Source: Desulfobacterales bacterium S7086C20
Lineage (GTDB): Bacteria > Desulfobacterota > Desulfobacteria > Desulfobacterales > C00003060
Direction: 5' to 3'
Length of the DNA: 41,467 nucleotides
Assembly (NCBI GenBank): GCA_001751075.1
Contig: MAVP01000003.1
Span: 1-41,467, forward strand
The notes under the pieces were generated by a model that was given only the letters and a program-made list of their open reading frames with translations, ran no database searches and was not told the DNA's origin. Made by a program: the position numbers and the translations under genes. Shown piece by piece: positions 1 to 10,421 of the stretch; positions within the stretch are counted from its first letter, which is position 1, and the number at the start of each line of letters is the position of its first letter.

Positions 1-1413
1 CTTATTCAGCAAAAAGAAGAAATACGGTTTGTGATCTGCAAGCGAATGCTTGAGATCTATGCTTCTCAGCGCACGGTAGTTAACGGCAATCATAATGCCA
101 TTCCCATGGTCATGAATGAACATGTAGAGAAGGAGATAAAACGCTTCCAGGGTCGAGAGCGAAAGTTTTTCCTTGAATCTTACAAACGTTCGGGGAGATT
201 CCGCCCTTACATCCTTAAGGCCCTTAAAGAAGCCGGGCTTCCCGAAGAACTTTCATGGCTTCCATTGATCGAAAGCGGTTTTAAGGTAAGGGCCCTGTCT
301 AGAGCTAGGGCCCTTGGTTTGTGGCAGTTTATCCCGTCTACAGGCTATAAATTTGGCCTAACGAGGGATCGATGGGTTGATGAACGTATGGATGTCGTCA
401 AGTCGACCCAGGCGGCTATCGCCTACATGAAAGAACTCCACAATATATTTGGTGACTGGAGTACGGTTCTGGCAGCATACAATTGTGGCGAATTTAGGGT
501 ACTTAGGCTTATTCGAAATCAAAACATCAACTACCTCGATGACTTCTGGGATCTGTTCAGACAACTCCCGCGGGAAACTGCCGCGTATGTGCCTCGATTC
601 CTTGCTGCTTGGTATATCATAAACGAGCCTGAGAAGTTTGGCTTTGACCTGGGGGTTTCGGACTTGCCTCTTGATTATGAGTTGGTAGAAGTATCCAAAC
701 AGATTCGTTTGACAGACGTTGCCAAGTCTCTGGATATCCCCAAAACGGAGTTGCAGCTCTTAAACTCAGAACTTCGGCACAAGGTCACCCCCCCTCAGAC
801 ATACAAGCTGAAAGTGCCGGAAGGCAAGGGATCTGTTCTAATGGCCAAGCTTGATGATATCCCCGTCTATGTCCCATCCAGAACATATTACGCCTATCAC
901 CGCGTTCGGAAAGGACAAACCTTGTCTCAGTTGGCCCATCGATATCATACAAGCATTCGTGCCATTATGGAGGCAAATAACCTGCGTAGGGCAAACTATC
1001 TCAGAGTAGGGCAAAGGCTTAAGATTCCTGCTAGAGGGGAAAGCCGTACCTATGTGCTGGCAAGACAGGCTGCTCAGTCTAATGATACCTCAAAGCCACT
1101 TCACCACCGGGTTAAGCGGGGTGATTCTCTGTGGCTTCTCGCCCGAGCATATAAAACCAATATTCGAGAGATCATGCGCCTTAACAATTTGAGGTCGACC
1201 CGTCTTCATGTTGGTCAGGTTCTTATCGTTCGCGAGGGAGTTGATGGAAAAATGCTGGAAGGAACTCGGAATTATCAGGTAAGAAAAGGAGACAGCCCTT
1301 ATCAGATTGCCATGTTACACAATATGGAACTGGGACGATTCCTACGTATCAATCAACTGACTCCGAGGTCAAAGATATATCCTGGACAAACACTCTTTGT
1401 TGATGCAAAATAG
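1..1413 (+). CDS. MltD-like lytic murein transglycosylase with LysM repeats (5' end runs off the window)
   Basis: SLT motifs LIESGF, ARALGLWQFIPSTG and LAAYNCG; three LysM repeats (HRVRKGQTLSQLA, HRVKRGDSLWLLA, YQVRKGDSPYQIA); frame is open from position 1. Confidence 0.9.
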   Translation, partial: LIQQKEEIRFVICKRMLEIYASQRTVVNGNHNAIPMVMNEHVEKEIKRFQGRERKFFLESYKRSGRFRPYILKALKEAGLPEELSWLPLIESGFKVRALSRARALGLWQFIPSTGYKFGLTRDRWVDERMDVVKSTQAAIAYMKELHNIFGDWSTVLAAYNCGEFRVLRLIRNQNINYLDDFWDLFRQLPRETAAYVPRFLAAWYIINEPEKFGFDLGVSDLPLDYELVEVSKQIRLTDVAKSLDIPKTELQLLNSELRHKVTPPQTYKLKVPEGKGSVLMAKLDDIPVYVPSRTYYAYHRVRKGQTLSQLAHRYHTSIRAIMEANNLRRANYLRVGQRLKIPARGESRTYVLARQAAQSNDTSKPLHHRVKRGDSLWLLARAYKTNIREIMRLNNLRSTRLHVGQVLIVREGVDGKMLEGTRNYQVRKGDSPYQIAMLHNMELGRFLRINQLTPRSKIYPGQTLFVDAK

Positions 1414-1469
1414 CATCAATCATTCCCAAGGATTTTCTAAAAAAAGCAGCACTTTGCCCCCCAATGCCA

Positions 1470-1602
1470 ATGCTCCTTCGCTGCAACCACCCTTGCCTTT
1501 GGCTACCCGTCGCCTCCGTCGGGCCGGGTCTGGACTTTGCCCGACACCTGTGTCATAGTACCGGACAGCACCATTTAGCAGCCCGGGCAGTGCCCGGCAC
1601 AC
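1470..1602 (-). mobile_element. 5' fragment (domain I) of a group IIC-type intron, no RT ORF
   Basis: Minus strand begins GTGTGCCGGGCA directly after TTGTT in the attC bottom strand; contains GGGCAAAGTCC and AGCCAAAGGCAAGGGTG, which resemble group IIC domain I; lower boundary approximate. Confidence 0.65.
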
Positions 1603-1657
1603 AACAAATCACTTCAGCCGACGCTCGTACCTCGCGCGGCCGAGTTTAACGTTAGCG
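1603..1657 (+). mobile_element. Integron attC recombination site (R'' disrupted by the intron insertion)
   Basis: AAC-5nt-ACTTCAGC(L'')-CGACGC..GCGCG-GCCGAGT(L')-5nt-GTTAGCG(R'): canonical spacing, with extrahelical bases. Confidence 0.8.
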
Positions 1658-1694
1658 CGCCAGATGAATCTTATAATACTTTAATGGTGAAAAG

Positions 1695-1982
1695 ATGAAA
1701 AAAATATTTGATGGTAAAAAGACAGCAAAATTGGGCACTGAAAAGAATCCCGCTGTTGTAAATGTACAAACTGAAGAAAGAGTGAAAGAATTAGAATCAG
1801 TATTTGAAGAAAACCGTTGGAAATATACAATTGAATTGGAACCAGATAAACCTGAGGATATTACAAACTTAGAAATATTGTTGAATCCACTAAAAACAAA
1901 GATTGCCGAAAAGAAAGTGGGACGCAATGAACCCTGCCCCTGTGGAAGCGGTAAAAAGTATAAAAAATGCTGTGGCAAATAA
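1695..1982 (+). CDS. Small SEC-C metal-binding motif protein; cassette-like and AT-rich
   Basis: C-terminal [20 protein letters not shown]; visibly more AT-rich than its flanks; starts 38 bp after the attC R' box. Confidence 0.85.
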   Translation: MKKIFDGKKTAKLGTEKNPAVVNVQTEERVKELESVFEENRWKYTIELEPDKPEDITNLEILLNPLKTKIAEKKVGRNEPCPCGSGKKYKKCCGK

Positions 1983-2019
1983 GGCTATTTTTCATTCTAA
2001 AAAATTAACCTGAATATAT

Positions 2020-2095
2020 GCCCCCGTAGCTCAGGGGATAGAGCAAAGGATTCCTAATCCTTGCGCCGCCAGTTCGATTCTGGCCGGGGGCACCA
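2020..2095 (+). tRNA. tRNA-Arg(CCT)
   Basis: GCCCCCG/CGGGGGC acceptor stem, AAGGA-TT-CCT-AA-TCCTT anticodon arm, GTTCGA T-loop, encoded CCA. Confidence 0.97.
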
Positions 2096-2195
2096 AATAA
2101 AACAGCCGGCAAAATACTGGGTTAGAGTGTGTCGGTTTTTCTCGCGCCTCCAACTTCCCGCCTAATACCTTGTCCGGCTTGCCCCATGACGTCCC

Positions 2196-2900
2196 TTACC
2201 GTCCTATGTAGGCAGTGGGATCGGGGACACCGGCTTTTTTGAACCCTTTCTTTCTTAAAAGACAGCTGTCACATTGCGCACAAGCCTTGCCGTCCGGCGA
2301 TGGATCGTAGCAACTGAGGGTTATGGCGTAGTCAACACCAAGTTCTATGCCTCTTTGAATAATCTGTGCCTTTGTCATTCGGATGAGAGGTGTTCTAATC
2401 CTTATCTTGGTCTTTCCTTCTACCCCTGCCTTTGTGGCCAGATTTGCCATATGCTCAAAGGCTTCGACATATTCAGGGCGACAATCGGGGTATCCGCTAT
2501 AGTCGATGGCGTTTACCCCAATAAAAATATCTGACGACCCCAGAACCTCCGCCCAGGCTAGGGCACAGGAAAGAAATATGGTGTTGCGTGCAGGTACATA
2601 CGTTACGGGAATTTCTTTTTCCATTTCTTTATAAGTTTTCGCCTTCGGGACATCGATATCATCCGTAAGTGCTGAACCGCCTATCTTTGCCAGGTCAATG
2701 TCGATTACCAGATGTTTTCTCGCATCAAGTTTCCTTGCCACCTGCTGGGCTGCCTTTAACTCCAGACCGTGGCGCTGGCCGTAGCGAAAACTTAGACTGT
2801 AAATGTCATACCCCTCCGACTTGGCGATTGCCATGGCCGTAGTGGAATCGAGTCCACCACTGGAAAGCACAACCGCTCTTTTTCCCTCACTCCTTGACAT
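2196..2900 (-). CDS. queC: 7-cyano-7-deazaguanine synthase
   Basis: SSGGLDS PP-loop, TYVPARN, YPDCR, C-terminal Zn cysteines SCYDP..CAQCDSC. Confidence 0.95.
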   Translation of the reverse strand: MSRSEGKRAVVLSSGGLDSTTAMAIAKSEGYDIYSLSFRYGQRHGLELKAAQQVARKLDARKHLVIDIDLAKIGGSALTDDIDVPKAKTYKEMEKEIPVTYVPARNTIFLSCALAWAEVLGSSDIFIGVNAIDYSGYPDCRPEYVEAFEHMANLATKAGVEGKTKIRIRTPLIRMTKAQIIQRGIELGVDYAITLSCYDPSPDGKACAQCDSCLLRKKGFKKAGVPDPTAYIGR

Positions 2901-2907
2901 GTTGATT

Positions 2908-3570
2908 TTACACGCCCCTTTGGTCAGAGGGCCAGACCACTTTATGAAGTTGAAGCTGGAGCCTCACATTCAAACGGTCTTTAAGAATCCAGTCTGCTAA
3001 TATCTTTGGCTCAATCTGTCCGAAAACAGGCGAGAAGTGAACTGGATGTTTCTTGCAAAAGTCAGGAGTCCTGGCATCCAGGATCTCCTTGGCAACGGAA
3101 AAGTCGTTTCGATCTCCAATCACAAACTTGACCTCGTCATGGTCGATTAATCTGTCCAGGTTTTCCATGTCGTTTTGTTCAAACTCACCACTGGATGGGC
3201 ACTTGATATCAACAATCTTAACGCAACGGTCATCGGCTTGGCTGATGTCCTGACTGCCATTGGTTTCCATCAAGACCTCATATCCATCGTCAAGCAAACG
3301 ATGAATGAGATGGGGTGTCTCTTCCTGGATCAGGGGTTCGCCGCCCGTAACTTCAACCAAAGGGCACTGGTGAGATGCAACTTGGCCGACAATTTCTTCG
3401 ATTGCCAGTTCTTTGCCCCCCTTGTAGGCATACTTGGTGTCACAGTAAGAGCATCGGAGGTTACATCCGGTAAGTCTTATAAAAACGCAACGACGACCGG
3501 CATAGGAAGATTCTCCCTGAATGCTGTGGAAGATCTCATTGACCTTCAAGCCCACCTTTGTTCCTCCCAA
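2908..3570 (-). CDS. queE: 7-carboxy-7-deazaguanine synthase (radical SAM)
   Basis: [27 protein letters not shown]; lies between queD and queC. Confidence 0.92.
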   Translation of the reverse strand: MGGTKVGLKVNEIFHSIQGESSYAGRRCVFIRLTGCNLRCSYCDTKYAYKGGKELAIEEIVGQVASHQCPLVEVTGGEPLIQEETPHLIHRLLDDGYEVLMETNGSQDISQADDRCVKIVDIKCPSSGEFEQNDMENLDRLIDHDEVKFVIGDRNDFSVAKEILDARTPDFCKKHPVHFSPVFGQIEPKILADWILKDRLNVRLQLQLHKVVWPSDQRGV

Positions 3571-3938
3571 TAGAAAGCCCCAGCTCCGGGGGTTTCCGAT
3601 ACCTTGATCTTGGACACTTGCACAGTGTCAGTGTTAAGCTTTTCCCCCAACTCCTGATAAAGGAACTTGGCAATGTTTTCGGATGTGGGATTCAGCTCTT
3701 TGAATGCCGGCAAATCGTTAAGATTTAAGTGGTCCAGATTTTTAAGGACGTCCTTGACTTCCCGCTTTATGTCCCTGAAATCGACGGCGATTCCGATGCC
3801 ATCCAATTCCATGCACTTCACATAAACCTCAATGATCCAGTTGTGCCCGTGTACCCGAGAGCAGTCGCCCGCATAACCCCTGAGAGAATGGGCGGCAGAA
3901 AAATGGGTTTTTACGTATACTTCAAAGATGCCGGGCAT
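3546..3938 (-). CDS. queD: 6-carboxy-5,6,7,8-tetrahydropterin synthase
   Basis: FSAAH, CSRVHGHNW, LDH, PTSENIA, VSETP. Confidence 0.93.
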   Translation of the reverse strand: MPGIFEVYVKTHFSAAHSLRGYAGDCSRVHGHNWIIEVYVKCMELDGIGIAVDFRDIKREVKDVLKNLDHLNLNDLPAFKELNPTSENIAKFLYQELGEKLNTDTVQVSKIKVSETPGAGAFYWEEQRWA

Positions 3939-3948
3939 ATATCCTCCA

Positions 3949-4923
3949 TTACAAGTCTCTTATTCTTACCTTTAGAAAGAGATCACCCTTAAGGCCCTCG
4001 GGGGTTTGTTTCCCCATCCCCTTTAGCCGAAGCTTGCTCCCTTCCGTAACACCTGGGGGCACATTTAACATAAAGACGTTCTTTCTAAAACCCTTGGCGA
4101 TGTTGACCAGCTTGCGTGTCCCAAGAAGGGCCTCGCGTTCACTCACGTCAATGACTGCATAAGAATTCAAGTTGTCTCCGACCTGTGCCGGACGGATTAC
4201 CTGCAGCCGCGGTGTGGAGCGTTTGTGCGTTAGGCCACGGAATTTCTTGTCGGCGCCTGTTTGGGGCAATATTTCGAAGAGCTTTAGAAGGATTATTCCA
4301 AATATGAACCCTCCAATGTGCGCCCACCAAGCAATGCCGGCGGCTTGCGCCGAGCTGCCGGCAGCGCTCATGAATTGTAAGATAAACCAGATGCCCAGAA
4401 AAACAAAGGCCGGCAGTTCCACGAAATGGAGGAAGAAAAAAATCGGTACAAGAGTAAGTATCTTGGCCTTTGGGTATAGTATGATGTAGGCGCCCATGAC
4501 ACCTGCAATGGCTCCGCTGGCCCCGATGGTGGGTATTTCAGAGTGCCAGTTAAGGGTCAGATGTGACAGGCCCGAAAGGAGTCCGCACAACAGGTAGAAG
4601 ACTAGGTATCTGAAGTGGCCGAGTCGGTCTTCAACATTGTCGCCGAATATGTAGAGGGACCACATATTACCAAGTAAGTGAAGGAATCCTCCGTGCAAAA
4701 ACATGAAGGTGACAAAGGCGACTATCTGCTGGCCTGTGGTGAAATAAGAGGCCATCTGAGGGACAGAATAGCGGGCCGGCACAAGGCCATAGGTGTAAAC
4801 AAATCTATTAGTTCCCTGCCCTTGATAAAGTTCAAAAACAAAGACTAAGACATTAATTGCAATGAGGATGCTGTTTACAACCGGGTAGGTTTCAGAACGT
4901 ATGGTGTCGCGAATAGGGATCAT
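3949..4923 (-). CDS. Rhomboid intramembrane serine protease with a C-terminal DnaJ_C-like domain
   Basis: MFLHGG, HLLGNM, GASGA (catalytic Ser), AHIGG (catalytic His); tail EALLG..VPPGVTEGSKLRLKGMG..GDLFL. Confidence 0.88.
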   Translation of the reverse strand: MIPIRDTIRSETYPVVNSILIAINVLVFVFELYQGQGTNRFVYTYGLVPARYSVPQMASYFTTGQQIVAFVTFMFLHGGFLHLLGNMWSLYIFGDNVEDRLGHFRYLVFYLLCGLLSGLSHLTLNWHSEIPTIGASGAIAGVMGAYIILYPKAKILTLVPIFFFLHFVELPAFVFLGIWFILQFMSAAGSSAQAAGIAWWAHIGGFIFGIILLKLFEILPQTGADKKFRGLTHKRSTPRLQVIRPAQVGDNLNSYAVIDVSEREALLGTRKLVNIAKGFRKNVFMLNVPPGVTEGSKLRLKGMGKQTPEGLKGDLFLKVRIRDL

Positions 4924-4949
4924 AGCTTAATCATAATTATATCGCAAAA

Positions 4950-6953
4950 TCACCATTCCAGGTAATCTATTTGCTCTTGGCTTGTCAGTGACCATGATTC
5001 TAGAATATCTTCTGAGATGCCCTCAATAAACCGTGAAGGTCTGCATAGTACCATAGCTGTGCCTCGATCGTATATGTTAATCGGATAGGCAAAATAGAGG
5101 AGTTCTTTTGCCCTGGAGGCCGCCACATACATGAGGCGAAGCTCTTCTTCCATTTCATCAGCGTTGCGTGTGGCATAGATTGACGGGAAACGGCCTTCAA
5201 GGGTCCAGATAACAAAGACTGTGTGCCATTCCAGCCCTTTGGCTGAGTGGATCGTTGAAAGAACCAGTTGCTCATCTTCATAGTCAGTGGCCATTACATT
5301 GCCTACACTTGCATTAGGAGGTTCCAAGGCCATGTCGGACAAGAATTTTTCGACGTTATTGTAACGCTCCATAATTGACAAAAGGTGTACAAGGTCTTTG
5401 GAACGTTTAGGATGATTATCAAATCGTTTTTCCAAAATAGGTCGGTAATAGTCTACCACTCTTTCGCCAATCTCGGCTACGGGAAGAAAGGGATTTTGAA
5501 CAAGGTCTTCCAGCATGTCTCTAAGGCGTTCAAAAGACTTGGCATATCCTGGCTTTGGCCTTACTGTTGTCAGCCCGCCGACATCTTTTGCTGAGCTTAG
5601 GACCTGCCGAAATATCTCATTTGCTGTTTTGGGTCCGATCTTTTCTAAGAGAAGTAAAATCCGGTGCCAACTGACAGAGTCCTTCGGATTTGCGAGCACC
5701 TTCATGTGTGCCAGGACATCCTTGATGTGGGCTGTTTCCATGAATTTGAATCCCCCCACCTTTATGAACGGGATGTTGCTTCTGTTTAGTTCAATTTCAA
5801 GGTCAAAGGAATGAAAGCCGGAGCGAAACAATACAGCAATTTCATCAAGGGGAACACCTTCTTCTCGCAGTTCAAGTATCCTTTGTACCACGAACTCTGA
5901 CTGCATCCGTTCGTCTTTTGCCATTATCAGGGCAGGCGGAGCGCCATCTTTTTTCTGCGTGAAAAGCACTTTGGTATACTTTCTTTGCGCCTTGTTAATG
6001 ATGACGTTGGTAAGGTCTAGTATCGGCTGGGTACTGCGATAATTTTCTTCCAGTTTAACCAATTTGGTTCCCGGAAATATATCAGGAAAATCCATGATAT
6101 TGCCGAAATTGGCCCCTCTAAAACCATAGATACACTGTGAGTCGTCGCCGACAACCATTACATTGTCATGGGTGTCGGCAAGAAGCCTGACAATATCGGC
6201 CTGAATCATGTTTGTATCCTGGTATTCGTCAACCATGATATAGCGATGGACCCGAGAAAGTCTTTCCCGGACCTGTTTGTTGGCTTGGAGTAGGGTTTTC
6301 AAATAAACAAGAAGATCATCGTAGTCCATCAGGAGATGCTTCTGTTTGTGGATGCCGTAGGCTTCATGGAGGCGTATGAGGTCTGGGATGTCTCTTGCGA
6401 AGTTGGGGTAATCATCGAATACGACATCCTCGACAGAAACGCCTTTGTTCATGGCTTTACTGTAAATGTTGGCTATTGTTTTCTTGCGGGGAAAACGGCG
6501 ATCTTTCACATTTAGCTTCAGCCAGCCACGAAGCAAATTGATGACATCTTCTGAATCAACCCGGTCAAGAATATTGAATCCCGACTCAAACCCCGATTCT
6601 TGAGCATATTTTCTCAAGGTAAAGTTGGCAAAAGAGTGGAAGGTGCCGCCGCGTACGTTTTGACAACGATGGTCAAGCAGAGTTGCGGCCCTGCGGAGCA
6701 TCTCTTGCGAGGCCTTGCGTGTGAAGGTCAGCAACAAAATAGACTCTGGAGCAATCCCTTCTTCGATCAATCGGGCTACCCGGTATGTGACAGTTCGTGT
6801 CTTGCCGCTACCTGCTCCGGCAATAACAAGGATTGGGCCTTGTAGTGTTGTTACGGCCTCATATTGGGCGGTGTTGAGTACATCCTCATAGGGGATGGAA
6901 AACGCCTCGCTTTTGGCCTGAAAAGTGGTTTCCTTCAAGGGGTAGTGTTTCAT
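4950..6953 (-). CDS. UvrD/Rep/PcrA-family ATP-dependent DNA helicase
   Basis: AGAGSGKT, LTFT, VDEYQDTN, VGDDSQCIYGFRGA, LEENYRS, STIHSAKGLEW, EELRLMYVA; start set at ATG 6953 to avoid overlapping the PilZ gene. Confidence 0.92.
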   Translation of the reverse strand: MKHYPLKETTFQAKSEAFSIPYEDVLNTAQYEAVTTLQGPILVIAGAGSGKTRTVTYRVARLIEEGIAPESILLLTFTRKASQEMLRRAATLLDHRCQNVRGGTFHSFANFTLRKYAQESGFESGFNILDRVDSEDVINLLRGWLKLNVKDRRFPRKKTIANIYSKAMNKGVSVEDVVFDDYPNFARDIPDLIRLHEAYGIHKQKHLLMDYDDLLVYLKTLLQANKQVRERLSRVHRYIMVDEYQDTNMIQADIVRLLADTHDNVMVVGDDSQCIYGFRGANFGNIMDFPDIFPGTKLVKLEENYRSTQPILDLTNVIINKAQRKYTKVLFTQKKDGAPPALIMAKDERMQSEFVVQRILELREEGVPLDEIAVLFRSGFHSFDLEIELNRSNIPFIKVGGFKFMETAHIKDVLAHMKVLANPKDSVSWHRILLLLEKIGPKTANEIFRQVLSSAKDVGGLTTVRPKPGYAKSFERLRDMLEDLVQNPFLPVAEIGERVVDYYRPILEKRFDNHPKRSKDLVHLLSIMERYNNVEKFLSDMALEPPNASVGNVMATDYEDEQLVLSTIHSAKGLEWHTVFVIWTLEGRFPSIYATRNADEMEEELRLMYVAASRAKELLYFAYPINIYDRGTAMVLCRPSRFIEGISEDILESWSLTSQEQIDYLEW

Positions 6954-6976
6954 TATTTCTGAGAGAGGGATGTTCT

Positions 6977-7327
6977 TTAAGTGCCTGGCATCGGAGTGGA
7001 GTGTTTGAAAATATTGAAACAAGACTCCATAGACATGGCATCTCGAGGTGGCAAATCCATAAATTCTACGCCAATCCCCTTTTTAGATATATGAGAAACC
7101 CGCGCTTTCATACTTAACGCCTTGGTTTCATGGGGAAACTTCATTTCTATGTAAATACTGTCACCAATTTGGAACTGAGCAGGGTTCTCGGTGCGAATAA
7201 ATATCCCGTAAAGTCCAAGGTTTCTGACATCCCTCAAGCCGTCTTGTCCCTTTACTTGTATATCAAGGCGAAAGTCGATCCGCGGACTCTTCCTTTTTTC
7301 TGCTGGTTGATCTTCCATGATTGTCAC
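6977..7327 (-). CDS. PilZ domain protein (putative c-di-GMP receptor)
   Basis: EKRKSPR (RxxxR), NLGLYG (variant D/NxSxxG), GIGVEF; AGGAG RBS before the GTG start. Confidence 0.85.
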   Translation of the reverse strand: MTIMEDQPAEKRKSPRIDFRLDIQVKGQDGLRDVRNLGLYGIFIRTENPAQFQIGDSIYIEMKFPHETKALSMKARVSHISKKGIGVEFMDLPPRDAMSMESCFNIFKHSTPMPGT

Positions 7328-7422
7328 GTAAAGACTCCTAAAATAAGCTCCAGTATAGAGTTAATATAGTGTTTTTCCCTTAATGTCAACTTGATGCCAT
7401 GCTAGATCAGCCTTAAATTCTA

Positions 7423-7451
7423 TTGACACTCCAGAGGGGCTTTCCTATAGT
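7423..7451 (+). promoter_or_regulatory. Sigma70-type promoter for the PBP gene
   Basis: TTGACA-17 bp-TATAGT. Confidence 0.7.
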
Positions 7452-7460
7452 CGTTTCCGT

Positions 7461-8777
7461 ATGATCATGCAAAACCACAAGGGCTGGCAAAATTATCAAA
7501 GGAAGTTAAGGCGAAAGGAATTGCGGCAAAGGTTTTTAAAGCAAAGCCTTTGGTCTTTGCCCTTCTTGGCGTTACTGATTCTGGGGGGGCTGTTTGCGAG
7601 AGTTGATCTGTTGTCCGGCTTATTTGGAGGTATTTTACAAACACAAAACCAGTGCGAGGGCAAAACGATAGTTGCCTCGAGCATATTGACCAAAGAAAAT
7701 CTGAAAGAGATATTAGAGCCTGAGGTCATGTTAGGCAACTCTGGGCAGAAAATCGACTTCAATTATGCCGGAAGTTTTTTTACACTGGAGACTACCCTAA
7801 ACAACGGTCTTCAACACTATATGTCCGAGAAGATAAAACATGCCCGTTCTCCACTGATTGGTTTTGTGGCCATTGAGCCTTCGACCGGACGGATCCTTTC
7901 CTTGACCGAGTCCAACAATATCGAGGAACAAGGGGAAGTATGCCTCGGCAGTCAATTTCCGGCGGCAAGTGTGTTTAAGATAGTAACCGCAGCGGCAGCT
8001 ATTGATCGTTGCAATATTTCTGCTGATACGAAACTCACGTACAATGGCCGCAGACATACGCTCTATAAGAATCAATTGACAGATCAAACAAATCGCTACA
8101 CGAATAGTGTCTCCCTGAAGGATTCTTTTGCTAAATCGATTAACCCGGCATTTGGCAAACTTGGTATCTTCTACTTGAAAAAGAACCTCCTTGAAGAATA
8201 TGCGATCCGATTTGGATTTAACCGGCAAATTGATTTTGAGCTTCCCGTTCAACCGAGTCATATTGCTGTAGGGAATGATCCTTATCATTGGGCGGAAATT
8301 GCTTGTGGATTTAATCGCCAGACCTTGATATCTCCCCTTCACGCGGCAATTATGGCCGCAACGATTGTCAATGATGGAAAACTTGTGAACCCTACAATTG
8401 TGGATCATGTAATTGATAGCAGGAAGGAGTCTGTCTATTCCAATAGTACTGATGTGGTCAGGCAGGTCATTTCTTCGGAGACATGTGAACAGATGAAAGA
8501 GCTGATGAGTGCCACTATTTCTCGCGGGACTAGTCAGCGAACATTTCGCGGATACCGCCGTGACCGTGTTTTGTCCAAGCTCCTTATTGGGGGGAAAACC
8601 GGCTCTATCAAGAACCGTAGTAATGAATTGCTCTACGATTGGTTTGTGGGCTTTGGTATAGAAAAGGGTGGCGCCAAGAAGTTAGCCCTGGCGGTATTGG
8701 TTGTTCATGGCAAGCTTCTCAGGGCAAGGGCTCAAGAATACGCCCGTCTTGCACTCAGATATTACTTCAGCACATAA
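7461..8777 (+). CDS. Penicillin-binding transpeptidase domain protein
   Basis: N-terminal TM segment; SxxK (SVFK), SxN (SIN), KTG. Confidence 0.85.
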   Translation: MIMQNHKGWQNYQRKLRRKELRQRFLKQSLWSLPFLALLILGGLFARVDLLSGLFGGILQTQNQCEGKTIVASSILTKENLKEILEPEVMLGNSGQKIDFNYAGSFFTLETTLNNGLQHYMSEKIKHARSPLIGFVAIEPSTGRILSLTESNNIEEQGEVCLGSQFPAASVFKIVTAAAAIDRCNISADTKLTYNGRRHTLYKNQLTDQTNRYTNSVSLKDSFAKSINPAFGKLGIFYLKKNLLEEYAIRFGFNRQIDFELPVQPSHIAVGNDPYHWAEIACGFNRQTLISPLHAAIMAATIVNDGKLVNPTIVDHVIDSRKESVYSNSTDVVRQVISSETCEQMKELMSATISRGTSQRTFRGYRRDRVLSKLLIGGKTGSIKNRSNELLYDWFVGFGIEKGGAKKLALAVLVVHGKLLRARAQEYARLALRYYFST

Positions 8778-8934
8778 CATCTTGGAAACCGTAGTTTTCG
8801 ATTGCAATATAGGTAGTTTTACGGATTGCGTGTTCGCAAGAATCGATTTATGGGATAATCAAGTATTTTCAGGTTTCTCAAGTCCCCGGGTCAGTATAGC
8901 AGTTGTTCCTTAACTCATTTTCCGCTCTCGCCGT

Positions 8935-10029
8935 TCAGCCGGCAAAAACTTTTCTTATTCTGTTGGAAAACTTGGCTGATTCGAGTTCTGCAAATTCTTT
9001 CAGTAGTTTTTCTTGTTTTTTGCTCAGCCCTGTCGGGGTTTTTACCATTACTTGAATGATTTGATCACCCTTCCTGTGGCTCCTCAAAGATGGGATTCCC
9101 TCTCCTTTGAAGCGAAACACCTCTCCCGGCTGTGTACCTTTGGGAATATTGAGCTTCTTTTGCCCGTTTAAAGTAGGAACATCTATTTTGTTCCCAAGGG
9201 TTGCCTGTACAAAGGAAATAGGTATTTGACAGATTATGTCGTTGTTCTCGCGCCTAAAAAACTCGTGAGGCTCTACATGAACGAAGATATATAGGTCCCC
9301 AGGTGGGCCACCTCGGACACCACTTTCTCCCTCTCCGGTGAGGCGTAGTCTGGTACCTGTATCTACGCCGGCAGGCATCTTGACAGAGACGTTTTTCTTT
9401 CGTTCAACTTGTCCTGTTCCACTGCATTCATGGCAAGGATGAGGTATGCTTGTGCCCTGTCCGCGACAGTGGGGGCAGGTAGTTCTGACGGTGAAGAAAC
9501 CCTGACTGCGCCTGACTTCCCCAATTCCCCCACAGGCCTGGCACTTTTGGGGAGATGTTCCGGGCTCACACCCCGAACCTTCACAAGTCGGACAAGCCTG
9601 GAGCTTACTGACTTCTATCGTTGTTTCAAGGCCAAAGGCGGCATCCGTAAAGCTGATGTTCAAATCGTATCGCAGGTCGGCCCCACGTCGTGTCGCACTC
9701 GTAGATCGTCGCCCACCTCCAAAACCGAAAAACTCTTCGAATATGTCACCAAAGCTGGAAAATATGTCTTCAAAACCACCAAACCCGGAGAACCCCGTGC
9801 CTTGAAGCCCTTCATGGCCATATTGGTCATAAATCTGTCTCTTTTCGGGATCTCGAAGGACTTCGTATGCCTCAGCAGCCTCTTTGAATTTTTCTTCCGC
9901 TTCCTTGTCGCCGGCATTACGGTCTGGATGAAATTTCAACGCCAATTTTCTATATTTTGCCTTCATCTCACCATTGTCGGCATGCCTGCTAACGCCAAGG
10001 ATCTCGTAATAATCACGCTTTGTGGTCAT
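8935..10029 (-). CDS. dnaJ: Chaperone DnaJ
   Basis: [14 protein letters not shown]-rich region, four CxxCxGxG repeats; start at ATG 10029. Confidence 0.96.
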   Translation of the reverse strand: MTTKRDYYEILGVSRHADNGEMKAKYRKLALKFHPDRNAGDKEAEEKFKEAAEAYEVLRDPEKRQIYDQYGHEGLQGTGFSGFGGFEDIFSSFGDIFEEFFGFGGGRRSTSATRRGADLRYDLNISFTDAAFGLETTIEVSKLQACPTCEGSGCEPGTSPQKCQACGGIGEVRRSQGFFTVRTTCPHCRGQGTSIPHPCHECSGTGQVERKKNVSVKMPAGVDTGTRLRLTGEGESGVRGGPPGDLYIFVHVEPHEFFRRENNDIICQIPISFVQATLGNKIDVPTLNGQKKLNIPKGTQPGEVFRFKGEGIPSLRSHRKGDQIIQVMVKTPTGLSKKQEKLLKEFAELESAKFSNRIRKVFAG

Positions 10030-10110
10030 AATGTTGACTTGATTCCGGAAAACATTGATTGTTTCGTAAAACTTTATAAAGATAATACACAACCGTATGT
10101 TGTCAACATT

Positions 10111-10325
10111 TGACGGTTTCGTAAAAAGTCTGATTTTGCTCTTCCCGTGCACGATTCTGGGATTCAGAAAACACCTGGCTAAATGTCAAACACGTAGTGA
10201 AGCTTTGCGCTCAACTCGGGCTAACGCCCTTAAACAGTTTGACATTTTTAACGCCAGGTAATTTCTGAATCTCTTTCCAGAATCGCGCAATGTCATTCGC
10301 AAAATGACTTTTTACGAGTCCAACA
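10111..10325. repeat. Palindromic miniature element, family A, copy 1
   Basis: Ends TGACGGTTTCGTAAAAAGTC ... GACTTTTTACGAGTCCAACA; internal arms are self-complementary. Confidence 0.8.
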
Positions 10326-10421
10326 TTTGAACTTGACCCAAATCCACGGCTTCAATTTGGTACGGATAGAAGGGTTTCTTTCGAGATCTAGATGTGATAT
10401 TGAGCACGAAAAGGTTTTTTT

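Noticed and set aside
2196-3938. queCED as part of a 7-deazaguanine DNA-modification (dpd) island
   Set aside because: No dpdA/TGT-like or restriction genes nearby; the context fits ordinary queuosine synthesis
4950-6953. UvrD-like helicase as an antiphage component (e.g. Gabija)
   Set aside because: No partner nuclease; housekeeping neighbourhood
9409-10113. Long antisense ORFs (234 aa here; 245 aa at 34141-34878; others)
   Set aside because: Shadow frames of dnaJ, leuA and other genes, with no recognisable motifs
10030-10152. N-terminal extension of DnaJ and a CIRCE operator
   Set aside because: The extension runs into the repeat element, and no TTAGCACTC-N9-GAGTGCTAA is seen
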